From contig NC_043003.1 of the NCBI RefSeq assembly GCF_006345805.1, positions 30,194,001 to 30,258,000 of the forward strand: 64,000 nucleotides of DNA, written 5' to 3'. The notes beneath the pieces were generated by a model. That model was not told where the DNA came from and searched no databases. It was given only the letters and a program-made list of their open reading frames with translations. Made by a program: the position numbers and the translations under genes. Below are positions 50,662 to 62,929 of this stretch, in pieces (the stretch's first letter is position 1; every line of letters starts with the position of its first letter). The DNA comes from Octopus sinensis (taxonomy: Eukaryota).

Positions 50662-50934
50662 AGAGTTACTTCCCCTGTTTGATGTTAGGTTCTCGCGTTT
50701 AGTTGTGGGTTTTTCTGCAGATGCGCTATTGAATTATATACACACTCTGCATGGTAATTAACAACACAAACATAGTAGTGTTAATAGAAAGAGTATTATT
50801 TATGAAAAAAAAAATAATAATAACGGTTCATCGTAAACTTTCAGCTGAAGCTGTCAATGTAATTTTGGATTTTCAAGTCTCAGCATCTGAGAACATTTCC
50901 AATATTTCGCATCTGAAATGCTTTTTATGTAAGT
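50662..50934 (+). promoter_or_regulatory. Putative promoter motif and first exon of ZNF-G
   Basis: agagttacttcccctg at 50662-50677 (14/16 match to the ZNF-E motif, same orientation relative to the gene) and donor tat|gtaagt at 50929. Confidence 0.45.
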
Positions 50935-51451
50935 ATAATTAAAATATCCATCAAAAACTTGTACATTTCGTTCTTTGATTTAATCAATAACATAACAGAT
51001 GATATATGGCGTAACAAAGATAAGACATTTTACGAAAGTATGGAAGCTACATTTCTTTTTAAAATTTCGTCATCATTATGCATTATTAATTGATTATCAC
51101 TGAGTTAACCGTTGTGTGTCTGTTGACATAATTGTGAAGCTAGAGAACTAACAGTGGGGTGGGTGGCCTAATTGTCATTTAGTTTTATTCTCTACATAGT
51201 TTGACTTCCTGTGTCAAAGTTGCAACAGTCTAATGGCATTGGTAACTTATCAACTAAAACCTTCCCCTCAATATTTGTACGCTTGCGTCATTATATAAGA
51301 AACTGTTATTGTCGAGATATCCAATAAAAGTCCAAAATGTTTTTTTGTTTTCTTATCCATCAAAAAACTGACAACAGTCGCAAATGTAAATAGTGTTAAA
51401 TAAGTTTCCAATAATCTTTACTTTCTGTTTTAATTGTCTGTGCCTCTAGCG

Positions 51452-51746
51452 CAGTGGTTCTCAACTATTTTTTATGTATGGAACCCTTTGATTACTACTT
51501 TAGTCTGGTGGACCCCGTAGCCATTCGGTATTTAAAAACTAGTTTTATAGATACTTTTTTCAAAATACCTGTTTTGTTTTCCACACGCCTACTTGTGTAG
51601 GTTGAACTATGTAAAACATTCGAGAAAGAAATCTTGCTGTTTCCTCCAATAAATACAGCTAAAACAATTTTTTTCATGAAACTAACATTCTACTGTGGGT
51701 TCCCAATTTGCTATTTTGTTGTGTGAACCCCAGTTGAGAATAACTG
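51452..51746. mobile_element. hAT (Charlie-like) MITE
   Basis: TIRs cagtggttctcaact and agttgagaataactg; degenerate 8-bp flanks ctctagcg and ttctaacc. Confidence 0.65.
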
Positions 51747-52230
51747 TTCTAACCCCAGTCTAAAAGGTTTCAGGGAACAACATTTTAGTTAACGTTGTTT
51801 ATATCTTCCCCTAATCTTCGGAGGATACGAAGGGATGTTCCTTTTGTCGTCATGTTTTTTAATCATAGAGACCTAAACCGGGATATAACCCGTTCCCCGA
51901 TATAGCAACTTCATTAAATCCCTTAACTACATTACTTTGTACATTCGTGGCGAATGCCATAAGATACACAGAAAATGATCAGATGAAAATAATAGGCAAT
52001 TTGTTTTTATGCTTACCATCAGTGGTATGCTAAATCCCTTTATATTTCTCAATTTATTCAAAATAAAGTAGATAATTGTTCGATTTTCCTTACATTTCGG
52101 AAAGAAAAAAATCTCACTCATTAGCAGCTAAGCTCAACGATTTTTAGTTCTGGAGCTATTGAAAGTTGTCTATACCACAATATCAACATATAAGTTACAA
52201 ACTTTGGAAAAAAAATTTTTACGCAACATA

Positions 52231-52612
52231 GGCGCAGGAGTGGCTGTGTGGTAAGTAGCTTGCTTACCAACCACATGGTTCCGGGTTCAGTCCCACTGCG
52301 TGACACTTTGGGCAAGTGACTTCTATTATAGCCTCGGGCTGACCAAAGCCTTGTGAGTGGATTTGGTAGACGGGAACTGAAAGAAGCCCGTCGTATATAT
52401 ATGTGTGTGTGTTTGTCTGTATTTGTCTCTCCACCATCACTTGACAAACAACCTTGGTGTGTTTACATCCGGTAAATTACCGGTTTGGCAAAAGAGACTG
52501 ATAGACTAAGTACCAGACTTACAAAGAATAAGTCCAGGGGCTGATTTGTTCAACTAAAAGGCAGTACTCCAGCATGGCCACAGTCAAATGACTGAAACAA
52601 ATAAAAGAACAG
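52231..52612 (+). mobile_element. Full-length tRNA-derived SINE
   Basis: ggcgcaggagtggctgtgtggtaag (A box), gggttcagtcccac (B box), central microsatellite, tail ccagcatggccacagtcaaatgactgaaacaaataaaagaa. Confidence 0.85.
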
Positions 52613-52889
52613 ACAAATAAAAATCTGAAAAGGAATGATGAAATGTGGTTGGCGAGTGATGATCCTGACTTGAGATTGAATACTACTCAGTCAAATCAGC
52701 AGATGGGGGCCTCACAACAGTGAGGAGGGTCAGTCTGTTGTAAAGCTGTTGAGAAGAAAGCCCTGAAGCAGTGCACATTCTTTCCAGATGACCCCTAATA
52801 CTTACTGGCATCAAGAATGCAGAGTATTTTGACTAACTGCACTTGCACAAGCAAGTTGTTTCAAAGTCTCTCTCTCTCTCTCTCTCTGA

Positions 52890-54705
52890 GAGAGTCATAA
52901 TAATAAGGGAGAGAGTTAGCCTAGATGAGATGCAGCTTGGTTTTGTGCCAGGGAGAAGCACCACTAATGTTATATTTCTGGTAAGACAGCTGCAGGAGAA
53001 ATACCTAGCCAAAGATAAACCTCTGTACTTGGCCTTTATTGACTTGGAGAAAGCTTTTGACAGGGTCCCCCCAAACCCTTATCTGGTAGTCAATGTGGAA
53101 ACTTGAGATAGATGATTGGTTGGTGAGAGCTGTACAAGCCATGTATAGGGATGCTACCTGTAAGGTGAGGGTTGGCAATGAGTACAGTGAAGAAATCAGG
53201 GTACAAGTAAGGGTTCACCAAGGATCGGTGTCAGCCCCCTCTTGTTCATCATAGTCCTTCAGGCAATATCAAAGGAATTTAAGACAGGCTGCTCCTGGGA
53301 GCTCCTCTATGCTGATGACCTTGCTCTTATAGCTGAATCACTACGAACTAAAGAAGTTCCAGGTATGGAAGCAAGGTCTAGAATCGAATGGCCTTAGAGT
53401 TAATGTAGCAAAAACAAACGTCATAGTAAGTAGGAAAGTAGACAAATCACAAATCTCTTCAGGTAGATGGCCCTGCTCGATCTGTAGAAAAGGTGTAGGT
53501 AGAAACTCCATAAGATGCACCTAGTATAAGCTTTGGACACAGAAAAGGTGCAGCAATATCAGAAGGTTAACAGCAAAACTAGCTTTTGTATGTGGAAGAT
53601 GCACAGATACAATAAATGCTGAAAATCTGCAGAAAATAAACTCCATCAACTGCCAGGGAGACAAGTTAGAGGTAGTAGATAACTTCCATTATCTAAGTGA
53701 CCAAGTTAGTAGTGGAAGGGGGTGCTCCAAGAATGTAGCTGTCAGAATAAGATTAGGCTGGGCAAAGTTCAGAGAGCTCCTGCCTCTGCTGGCAACAAAA
53801 TACTTCTCTCTCAGTGTGAAAGGCAGATTATATGATACCTGTGTGCGAACAGCTGTACTAATGGTGGTGGCAGCTGAGGACATGCGTAGGCTTGAAAATA
53901 ATAAAGCCAGAATGCTTCACTGGATATGCAATGTTAGCATGCATGTTTGACAGTGTGTCAGTATCTAGAGAGAAAATTAGGTATAAGAGGCATCATATGT
54001 GTTGTGCAAGAGAAACAACTGTGCTGGTATGGTCATGTGATGCATATGGACAAGGGCAACTATGTAAAGAAGTGCTGATCTCTAACTGTGGAGGGAATTT
54101 TTGGTAGAGGTTGACCCAAGAAGACATGGGACGAAGTAGTGAAGCATGATCTTCGAACTTTGATCCTAACAGAGGCAATGACTAGTGACCGAGAAGACCC
54201 ATCAAGCCAAGTGAAATCATAGTCATGGCTGATGCTGGTGTCCTGTAACTGGTAGTCATGCCAGTGGCACATAAAGAGCACCGCTGGAGCATTGGGCCTC
54301 ACGGAGGCAAAGTGGCCGAGTTCCTTTCAAGTGTTGGGCTTCATCGAGGCAAAGTGGCCGAGTTCCTTTCAAGTGTTGGGCCTTATGAAGGCAAAGTGAC
54401 CAAGTTCCTTTCAAACATTGGGCTTCACCGAGAGCTTTGGCATTATGTCATGCTTGCGAAGAAGACCCATCAAGCCGAGCAAAATCACCGTTGTGGCAGA
54501 TACTGGTGTCACGCAAATGGTACCCATGCTGGTGGCACGTAAAGGCACCCATTACACTCTTGGAGTGGTTGGCATTAGGAAGAGTATCCAGCCATAGAAA
54601 ACCATGACAAATCAGACTGGAGCCTGATGCAGCTTTTCAGCTTACCAGCACTGGTCAAACCATCCAACCTATGCCAGCATGGACAATGGACGTTAAATGA
54701 TGATG
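52890..54705 (+). mobile_element. RTE-clade LINE (RT to 3' tail), decayed
   Basis: MQLGFVPGRSTTNVIFLVRQLQEKY...AFIDLEKAFDRVP, LLYADDLAL; 42-bp tandem units at 54291-54430; tail gttaaatgatgatg. Confidence 0.9.
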
Positions 54706-56975
54706 GTATATATACATAGTGAAGAATGGAGCAAACCATTTATAGAGGTGTTATATCAGCAAGCTCAGGGACATTGAATTCAGCAATAAAAGCAAAAACT
54801 TACCATGCAAACATTAAGACTTATTCAGCCCACTTTTAATTATTATATTCTACCTAGTCATAACAGAGTAACTGTTCATGGAAACTCCTGTATGCTGATG
54901 AAATGGTATGTCCTAAGCAGACGGCAAAATGAGTGCTCTAAAAACACATTTGCCAGAATAAGAATGGAGGATAAAACATTTGGGGACTGGTTACCTCTAT
55001 TGGATAGAAAAGAATTTTCACTCAGAGTAAATGGCCAATTGTATTATGTTTGTGTATACAATGTAATACTACCTATCTCTTTCTTTCTGTCTATATATCT
55101 ATCTTGACCTCCCTCCATTCACTCTCTCTTCCTGCAATCTCTCTCCACTTCACATTCCTCAATCTATTTCTAGTGAACCTCATTACCAATAGTCATTATA
55201 TAGCAGTATATCATGCTCTCCTATCTTTCAGTTTCCATTTCTATCACTTTCTCACTTCTATCACTCTGGTTCTCTTCCATTATGCTCCACTTTATCACCT
55301 TCCCTCTCTGGCCTTCTTATAGCTCTCTCTTTTCTACATACCAATGATGAGACAACCCTGTAGTTCTGGTGAACAAACAAACAAATAAAACATAGGGTTG
55401 AGAAAACTCTCTAGTCTCCCAGAGTGAGACAACTTCTCTAGTGTTAGTACCCTGACAAATGTATCTGGTACACACATGCACATACACGTGTGTGTGTGCG
55501 TAGTTTGCTTAAAATGAACTTTTCTTTTGATTTGAGTTTCATGCCATTACAATAAACAGAAAATGATTAAGAAATCAATAATCAAAGCCAGAACAACACT
55601 GAATTAATCAGTGGAAAAGACAAGATAAAAAAAGATCTGAATTAAAAAATCAATGACAACCTGGATATATTAGTGAAGTCTACTAAAGAAAATGGAACAT
55701 AAATGAATTGGCAAATGAAACAACAACAAACCATAGGTGACATCCTAATAAAACACCATTCAGAAACCAGGCAATAAAAACAATAACCTGCTCCAATGTA
55801 TATAAAAGCAGAAATAAAGATAAAATTCCAATGACCACAATAGTATGAAACTCAAGTCATGTGAAAGAGAATTCATGTTAGATAAATGATATATATTGAA
55901 TGTTCTTTCTGTTTTGTTGACAAACTAACATTTGAATATCATCATAATTATTTTAACATCTACTTTTCTATTCTCACATGGATCAGATGGAATTTGTTAC
56001 AACAAATTTTCTTCAACCAGATGCTGTTCTTGTTGCCAACAATCACCTGTTTCCAAGGAAGGTAGTATTTCCCCATGGTTGGACATGTTTTGCTTAAACT
56101 AAGCATTACTAAATACTGGGGTTGTGGCATATGTAGCAAAAAGCTGCAGTTAGAAGAAATGGTTGAAGAAGGAATTGTTTTAGCCAAGCAAACAAAAGAA
56201 AATGCAACCCACATTTTTTTTTTTTTACAAATACACAATGCAAACTATAATTCAACAAAGCATTCCTGTCTTTATATTACATGCTCAAACTCAGATGCAG
56301 TCTTAGCATGTCCAAATTAACACTATTGAGCAAAACAATAGTGACGTTGCTTACATTCTCCAGTAAACAAACCGTCCTTTAGTTTGTAGTTTTATTGGTT
56401 TTGACGAGTGAGGACTGGAATGTTTTTTATTTTTTATTTTTTTGTAAGTCGAGACCAGGCCCAGTTTAAAGAGTTATAAAGCACTAAACTGCTATTCAGG
56501 TAATGTAGTCTGTAGATTAAAGGGACATCCAAAATGGACACACCATATCAAGTGCAGGAATTATTATGCATCTTGGGGAACATCACGGCTCGAAAACTAC
56601 CTGCTTCACATTCCAAGAGACCATTTTTAAGTGTGACCAAGTCTTGTCGGACACGGTTACCATAATCGTACAAGGGAGATAACCTCGTACCTATGAAGAA
56701 ACATAGAAACACGCCAAAATATTATAAGGACCAGCAGAATAAAAACACTTTACTTGTAAAACAGGTAAGGATTAATGAAAGAAAAAGTAACTAGCTATAA
56801 AAATTTTTACCCAATAAATACTGACTCATAGTATGGGGAAAATAGATTTAAAAACAATGATAATGTTTGGTATTGAAGTCACTCTAAGATCTCCTTTCCC
56901 ACAAAATGTCATACTTGACACTGCAAACCTAGTCTCAAAGTTATATTACCTAAAATTTATTACTATCACAGCTTA

Positions 56976-58192
56976 TATCAGGTCATTAAGAATGAAATGT
57001 CCGATTTTGAACTGTTTATTTTATTTTATCTCAGCAAAAAGTAATGCAGTTAATCGAAGTATGCACCTAAATTATCAACACAATTTTGCCATTTTATCAG
57101 TAGCTTATTTATGCTGGCAGTGAAGAATTCTGGAGAGCAAGAGGTGATGAAATCACGAAGGGCTGTTCTTGCATCTTCTTCAGATTTGAAGCTTTTTCTT
57201 TGCAAAACTTGTCTAATGCCTGGAAAATGTGATTGTCAGTTGGTGCAAGGTCTACTGAGTGCGGCGTTCATTGTGCATTATCTTGCAAGAGAATTGGCCA
57301 GTCTCTATTGACCATTCACGGTTGTTTAATTGCAAGTTCACTTATCATTTCATCCAATTGGTTGATGTATACATCTGCTGTAATTGACTTACCAGGTCTC
57401 ATGAAGCTGTAGTAGATGACACCAGCATTGGACCACAAAACAGTCACCATTAGCCTTTTTTGGTGAATATTCTTTTTTGGATTTTATTTTGACACTTCAT
57501 CTCTATCCAACCACCGTGTAGAATGCTTGCTACTGTTGAAAAGAATCCAATTTTCATCACATAACAATACGATATGAAAATGGTTCGCTTTTATGCCATG
57601 ACAGCAAAGAACAGTAAGTTTCAAGATGATGTTCCATTTGATGCTCATTCAGTTCATGTGATACCCACTTGTCCGGCTTCTTTACCTGGCCTATTTGTTT
57701 CAGATGGTCCAACACAGTTGGAATCAAAATATCAAACCTTGCTGTTCACACAAATGTGGCTTGAGATGTATCTGCTTCCACTAGTTTCCAGCTTATCGTT
57801 ATCCACCTTGGTCTCAGGTCTACCACAGGGCTGATTTTCAAGAGTAAAGTCACCAGACCAGAACTTCTCAAACTATTTGACATAGAGTGCGCTCATTCAC
57901 CACATCTTCACCAAACACTTCATTGATGTTTTGAGTTGTCTAGGATGCATTGGTTCCACAACAGAACTCATATTCATAAACAACACAAATTTTTTATCTC
58001 TCCATGGGTTCACAAAAATTGATTTACAAGAGAAAACTTACAATATAATCAGACACCATGAATTGTATTCCAAAAAGTGATGATGTAACTCTTGAATGTT
58101 GTAAAACAATTGTCAGGATAAAAAATTAGAGTTAACGACTGTTAAATTTGGTGCATAAGAAAATCAGATATTTCATTCTTAATGACCTGATA
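56976..58192 (-). mobile_element. Near full-length decayed mariner; transposase pseudogene 57050-58005
   Basis: 33-bp TIRs tatcaggtcattaagaatgaaat(g/a)tc(c/t)gatttt. Remnants KICVVYEYEF, RIVMCDENWI, PILLQDNA, KWQNCVDNLGAYFD*. Confidence 0.88.
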
Positions 58193-58411
58193 TTATCAGA
58201 GCTTTCAGTACTAAAATTTGAAAACATTCTATTCTTTGCCTTCTACAGAAAATTCATCATTGTAAACACTGAGTATATTGACAATAGGTCTTCCCTCTGG
58301 GTATTCTTTGGATCCTCTTCCCAACATATCCCAGAGATTAGTCATCTTATTTCTTCCATTCATTAGTAATCTCTACACCTCCATTTCCGACTATATGCAA
58401 CTAACTGTGTG

Positions 58412-58461
<50 letters not shown>

Positions 58462-59892
58462 TGAATGTTAGAATCATGTTGATATCTGTTAGGCAGCTGA
58501 GGAAGGGAATCCAGATTTAGTTAAGTTTATTCCGTGGTTGGTTATGTTTCTAAGGTTATCTGATTGATTGAGCACTATATATCTGTAGGTATGGTTGTTT
58601 ATGTTTATTGGTTTTAATGTTGGAGTCTTTTTTGTGGTGTTTATCTGTAAACTTTTTTACACATACTTCAATTAGACATTTTATTCTAGAATGGCTAGGG
58701 GTTCTTGATTAGTTTATTTCATACCATTCTGGATTGTACTGGTTGAGGTTAATCTATTTTTTAATTTGATGAAGATAGTTTTTTGGTGAGAAGTATCAAT
58801 TATCTTGTTATTTTAACAATATAGGATAAATATATTGCATATACAGAAAGAGAGAGAGAGAGAGAGAGACCGACAGACAAACATAACACAAGGCATAAGG
58901 GATTTTAAAATTTAGGCGGATACTCTGTAAGCACTGCATGGTAATCCAAACTTAGCCATCTAGATTGACTGGTGGGAAACATTAGAATCCATAAGGACCA
59001 TATAATTACAATTGCACTCCTGTTAGATTAGTAAATCCAAAGTTTGCTTTGATGAATTTCATATAAGATTCCAGAGTAAATTAAAAAAAACACAAAGAAT
59101 AATGGAGAGTTACACATTTGTAATTGATAATTTATAACATATCAATTGCCGATAAATCCATATAATATTATAATTGATCTAAATTGAATTTATTAACATG
59201 CAAAATCATCACACTAAATCATTACACAATAGTAGCATATTAGAAATGTACATTGGCAATTTATGTTATAAGTTATCAATTAAAAGTGTTTAACTTTCCA
59301 TTCTTCTTTGTGTTTTATATAAATACACACACACCATGCTATTTCTAATGACAATATTCTCCACTCAAAGTATCAGAAACTTCCATTTATGTTCTGCTTT
59401 CTTCATCACTAAGAAGTTCCTCTCTGTCCACCGGAGAAGATGACAAATTTGGAAGACTTAATATTTTTAATGTAATGTAGGAACTGATGCTCCTCTGTAG
59501 AGAGGCATCAGTTCCCAAATGTCATATGTGCACACTGATATTACATACCCACCGGAGCATGCTTGCTTCATTTCTTTCAAGCTTTCACATAGAGAACAGT
59601 AATTTTAAATAAGATGTTGTTTCAAGGCAGAGAAATTACTTTATTCTTGCTACAGAAGCTTCTTATGCCAATTGCAACCAGTCATCAAAAAACCAAGCCA
59701 AATGCATAACAAAGATGGACAATTTTGTCTGCTCTTGTGTGTACCAGACCCTTTAAACTCTTTGCTAGCATGGAAAGATGTAAAATGAGGATGATGATGT
59801 AGTGGTTGTTTGCTTGTTGGTCTATTCAAGACTATACTTTTTAATTATTTTTTCCTGTTATTTAAATATCTTTAATATCTTTTACTGTCTCT

Positions 59893-59920
59893 ATATTTCA
59901 GAGTATCTAGTGACATTGAT
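59893..59920 (+). promoter_or_regulatory. Putative splice acceptor of ZNF-G terminal exon
   Basis: Pyrimidine tract, then atttcag|agtatctagtgacattgat. Confidence 0.5.
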
Positions 59921-60408
59921 GTAAGAATTTATTGACAGAATACAGCAAGTAATTTGTGAAGAATCTTAGAAGACTAAAGAATGGTGTTGTGAAGATGAGA
60001 TGTGACTATATATAACCTTGATCAAATTGCTGTGAAGTTAATATAAGGAGTTTATACCTGAGACTTTTTACACAAAGCTACAAAACTCCATTAATTTATG
60101 TGTAATGCTTTTGATGTATGGATATATATTTGAAGCTTATATGGATCAGCTGTTATTTATTTCAAGTTATGCAATTGCGCCTTTGATATCTGTCAAAATA
60201 GCCTTTTTAATGTAACTTAGCTTTAAGAAACTACCATGAAAGAGTTATTTTTGTTTTCCTATACAAACTTTGTTAAATGTTTCTATTTCATTTAAGAAGA
60301 AATAGCTTCAATATTTCACTGGGAAATTCTATGGAATTTGTTTCTTATTTTTTTTAGACATTGCAAAATAAGAATTATCATTGTATTTTTAGTACATTAG
60401 AACAAATA

Positions 60409-61605
60409 ATGGAAGAGAGATTGTGTGAGAGTCAGGACTATGGAGAGACGCCGCTTGAAACTAGTGATTTATCTCATCAGATACAAGTAGATACAGAAAA
60501 GTCATATACCTGTAACACCTTTGGAGAGACTTTCATCAAAAGTAGTGGCATCATTGAACATAAATTACATCACACAATTTCAAAACTCTACCTTTGTGAT
60601 GTTTGTGGAAAAAGATTCACTACAAACAGTTCTTTATCTTTACATAAACGTACTCATACAGGTGAGAAACCATACAATTGTAATATTTGTGGTAAAACAT
60701 TCTCTTATAGTGGTATACTAACATGCCATAAACGAATTCATACAGGTGAGAAACCATACCATTGTGACAAATGTGGAAAAACATTTGCTCGAAATGATCA
60801 TTTAACCATTCACAAACGTGTTCATGCTGATGAGAAACCATACCATTGTGATATCTGTGGAAAAACATTTTCTCATGATAGTCACTTAACTATTCACAAG
60901 CATGCACACACTAGTGAAAAACCATACAATTGTGACATCTGTGGTAAAACATTTCCTTACAGGGGTAAATTGACAAGCCACAAACGTATCCATAGCGGTG
61001 AGAAACCATACCATTGTGATACTTGTGGTAAAACATTTTCGCACAATGGTGATTTGACTGTTCACAAACGAGTTCACACAGGTGAAAAACCATACCATTG
61101 TGATGTCTGTGATGAAACGTTTTATCGGAGTAGTAAATTAACTGTTCACAAACGTGTTCACACAGGAGATAAACCATATCACTGTGATATCTGTGGTAAA
61201 ACATTCTCTGACAATAGAGATTTAACTCGTCATATCCGTATTCACACCGGGGAAAAACCATACCACTGTGATATTTGTGGTAAAACATTCTCTCAGAATG
61301 GTAGCTTAAATATTCATCAACGTGTTCACACAGGTGAGAAACCATACCACTGTGATATCTGTGATAAAACATTCTCCCACAATGGTAGTTTAACTGTTCA
61401 CAAACGAATCCACACAGGAGAGAAACCATATAGCTGTTATATCTGCAGTAAAACATTCTCTGATAATCGAGATTTAACTCGTCATATACGCATTCACACA
61501 GGTGAAAAACCATACAACTGTAATATTTGTGGTAAAACATTCTCTCAGAATAGTAATTTAACTATTCACAAACGTGCTTGTGCAAATGACAAATCACATC
61601 ACTGA
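60409..61605 (+). CDS. ZNF-G: tandem zinc-finger protein, 11 C2H2 fingers plus a final C2HC, 398 aa
   Basis: Intact ORF from ATG 60409 (MEERLCESQDYGETP). One degenerate N-terminal finger; the stop is TGT>TGA in a relic finger (cac tga gat att). Confidence 0.92.
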   Translation: MEERLCESQDYGETPLETSDLSHQIQVDTEKSYTCNTFGETFIKSSGIIEHKLHHTISKLYLCDVCGKRFTTNSSLSLHKRTHTGEKPYNCNICGKTFSYSGILTCHKRIHTGEKPYHCDKCGKTFARNDHLTIHKRVHADEKPYHCDICGKTFSHDSHLTIHKHAHTSEKPYNCDICGKTFPYRGKLTSHKRIHSGEKPYHCDTCGKTFSHNGDLTVHKRVHTGEKPYHCDVCDETFYRSSKLTVHKRVHTGDKPYHCDICGKTFSDNRDLTRHIRIHTGEKPYHCDICGKTFSQNGSLNIHQRVHTGEKPYHCDICDKTFSHNGSLTVHKRIHTGEKPYSCYICSKTFSDNRDLTRHIRIHTGEKPYNCNICGKTFSQNSNLTIHKRACANDKSHH

Positions 61606-62929
61606 GATATTTTTGGGTAAAACAGCCATGTATGAAACTCCATCACTCTTTAATCTCTTTACAAACATTGTTACAAAATGATGGATTTTTGTGTTGATTT
61701 CAACATATGAGCATCCAGTTGTTTAATCAACTTGATAACCTACTCATTGAAATGGTGCACAAAGAGACTAAGTATTGCCATACCTGCATCCATTACAAAA
61801 TAATCCTCAATGAGAGCACATTAAGGTTATTGTTGGAGAATATTCACTTTGGTATTTTTTAGAAACTTTTGTTGTAAAATATCTTTGGATAAGGCTGTGA
61901 TTATCTACAACTAATATGTCTATAATAACGAGTTAATAATGTTAACATGCTGTATGTTTATTGTTGTTTACTAATAATATAATTTAATTGATAATTATTT
62001 TATTTATTGTAATCGAAATGTTTTCCTGTTACTGTTCTCATTTTTTGTTCCTTCGACTTAGCTGTAACCCATTTAAAAAAAAATTATATATAATATATAA
62101 TGACAACAAATTAAATTGAAGTTGTTGGAGTTGATTAAATGAGTTTAGTTTTGTAGAAACGGTTTCCTGGATACACTTGGTTATCCCCGGGTATCTATAT
62201 TCCATGTACATTACTACTCTGAGTTTCGAAAGAAAGGTTTCTAGTTTTAATCTAGTCCATAACTGGTCAAAGCTTATTCTAATGACCACATCATCTGTGG
62301 ATACTCAGAGGCTAGCACTGCTCACTTATTAGATGAAGTATGTTTTACATATAGTGAATGTAAAATGATTTTTAGGGTTGATGTCATTATTAGAGGACAT
62401 CTCAAAGTATGTTAAATCAATGTACAGGAGTCTTCACCAAAATTTTTAACTTGCTTCTCACAGTGATTATTACATGCTTCAAACTAGGGACTGTTGTGAC
62501 AGTACTTTAGTTATTACTTGTATCTGTTCAACACTCATTGTGATCATTACGAAGTATCATTGCTTATTGTGTTATACTGACAAAGATATCCTAGAGTATC
62601 ACCAATTGGAATGGAGTTTTCACTTGCTCTTATAGCAAATGATGGTCTGTGAGCCTTGTTCCATGAATTGAGAATATTAATTGGTTTAAGAATACTTGGA
62701 ATTTGATATTTTTTATGTCATCCTGATTACTTTATACACCTTTATGCTGACTCATCTGAATGTTGCAATATTGTTGTTTTTATTAACAAACATACCTCAT
62801 TATTCATGCACAATCTTGTTGGAAAATACATCGATGCCTGTTGGAACTTCATTTCCACCTACTGCTCCAGGGCAATTGAAGTTATAAAAATATTAGAAAG
62901 AATTGATGAGATAGTCTTTCAAAAGATTG

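Noticed and set aside
52231-52300. tRNA gene
   Set aside because: A/B boxes belong to a SINE head that continues into SINE body and tail; no full cloverleaf.
55343-55420. Hammerhead-like tgatga-gacaaccctg...tagggttg-agaaaac
   Set aside because: Core boxes are imperfect and the segment aligns with a dispersed SINE-like repeat at about 17400-17500.
60911-61540. Long antisense and alternate-frame ORFs over ZNF genes (also 31657-32070, 10604-10915, 43450-43773)
   Set aside because: Shadow frames produced by the 84-bp finger periodicity; no independent coding signal.
62050-62330. Possible Penelope/GIY-YIG remnants (also about 58480-58820 and 38190-38830)
   Set aside because: Similarity too weak to call by eye.
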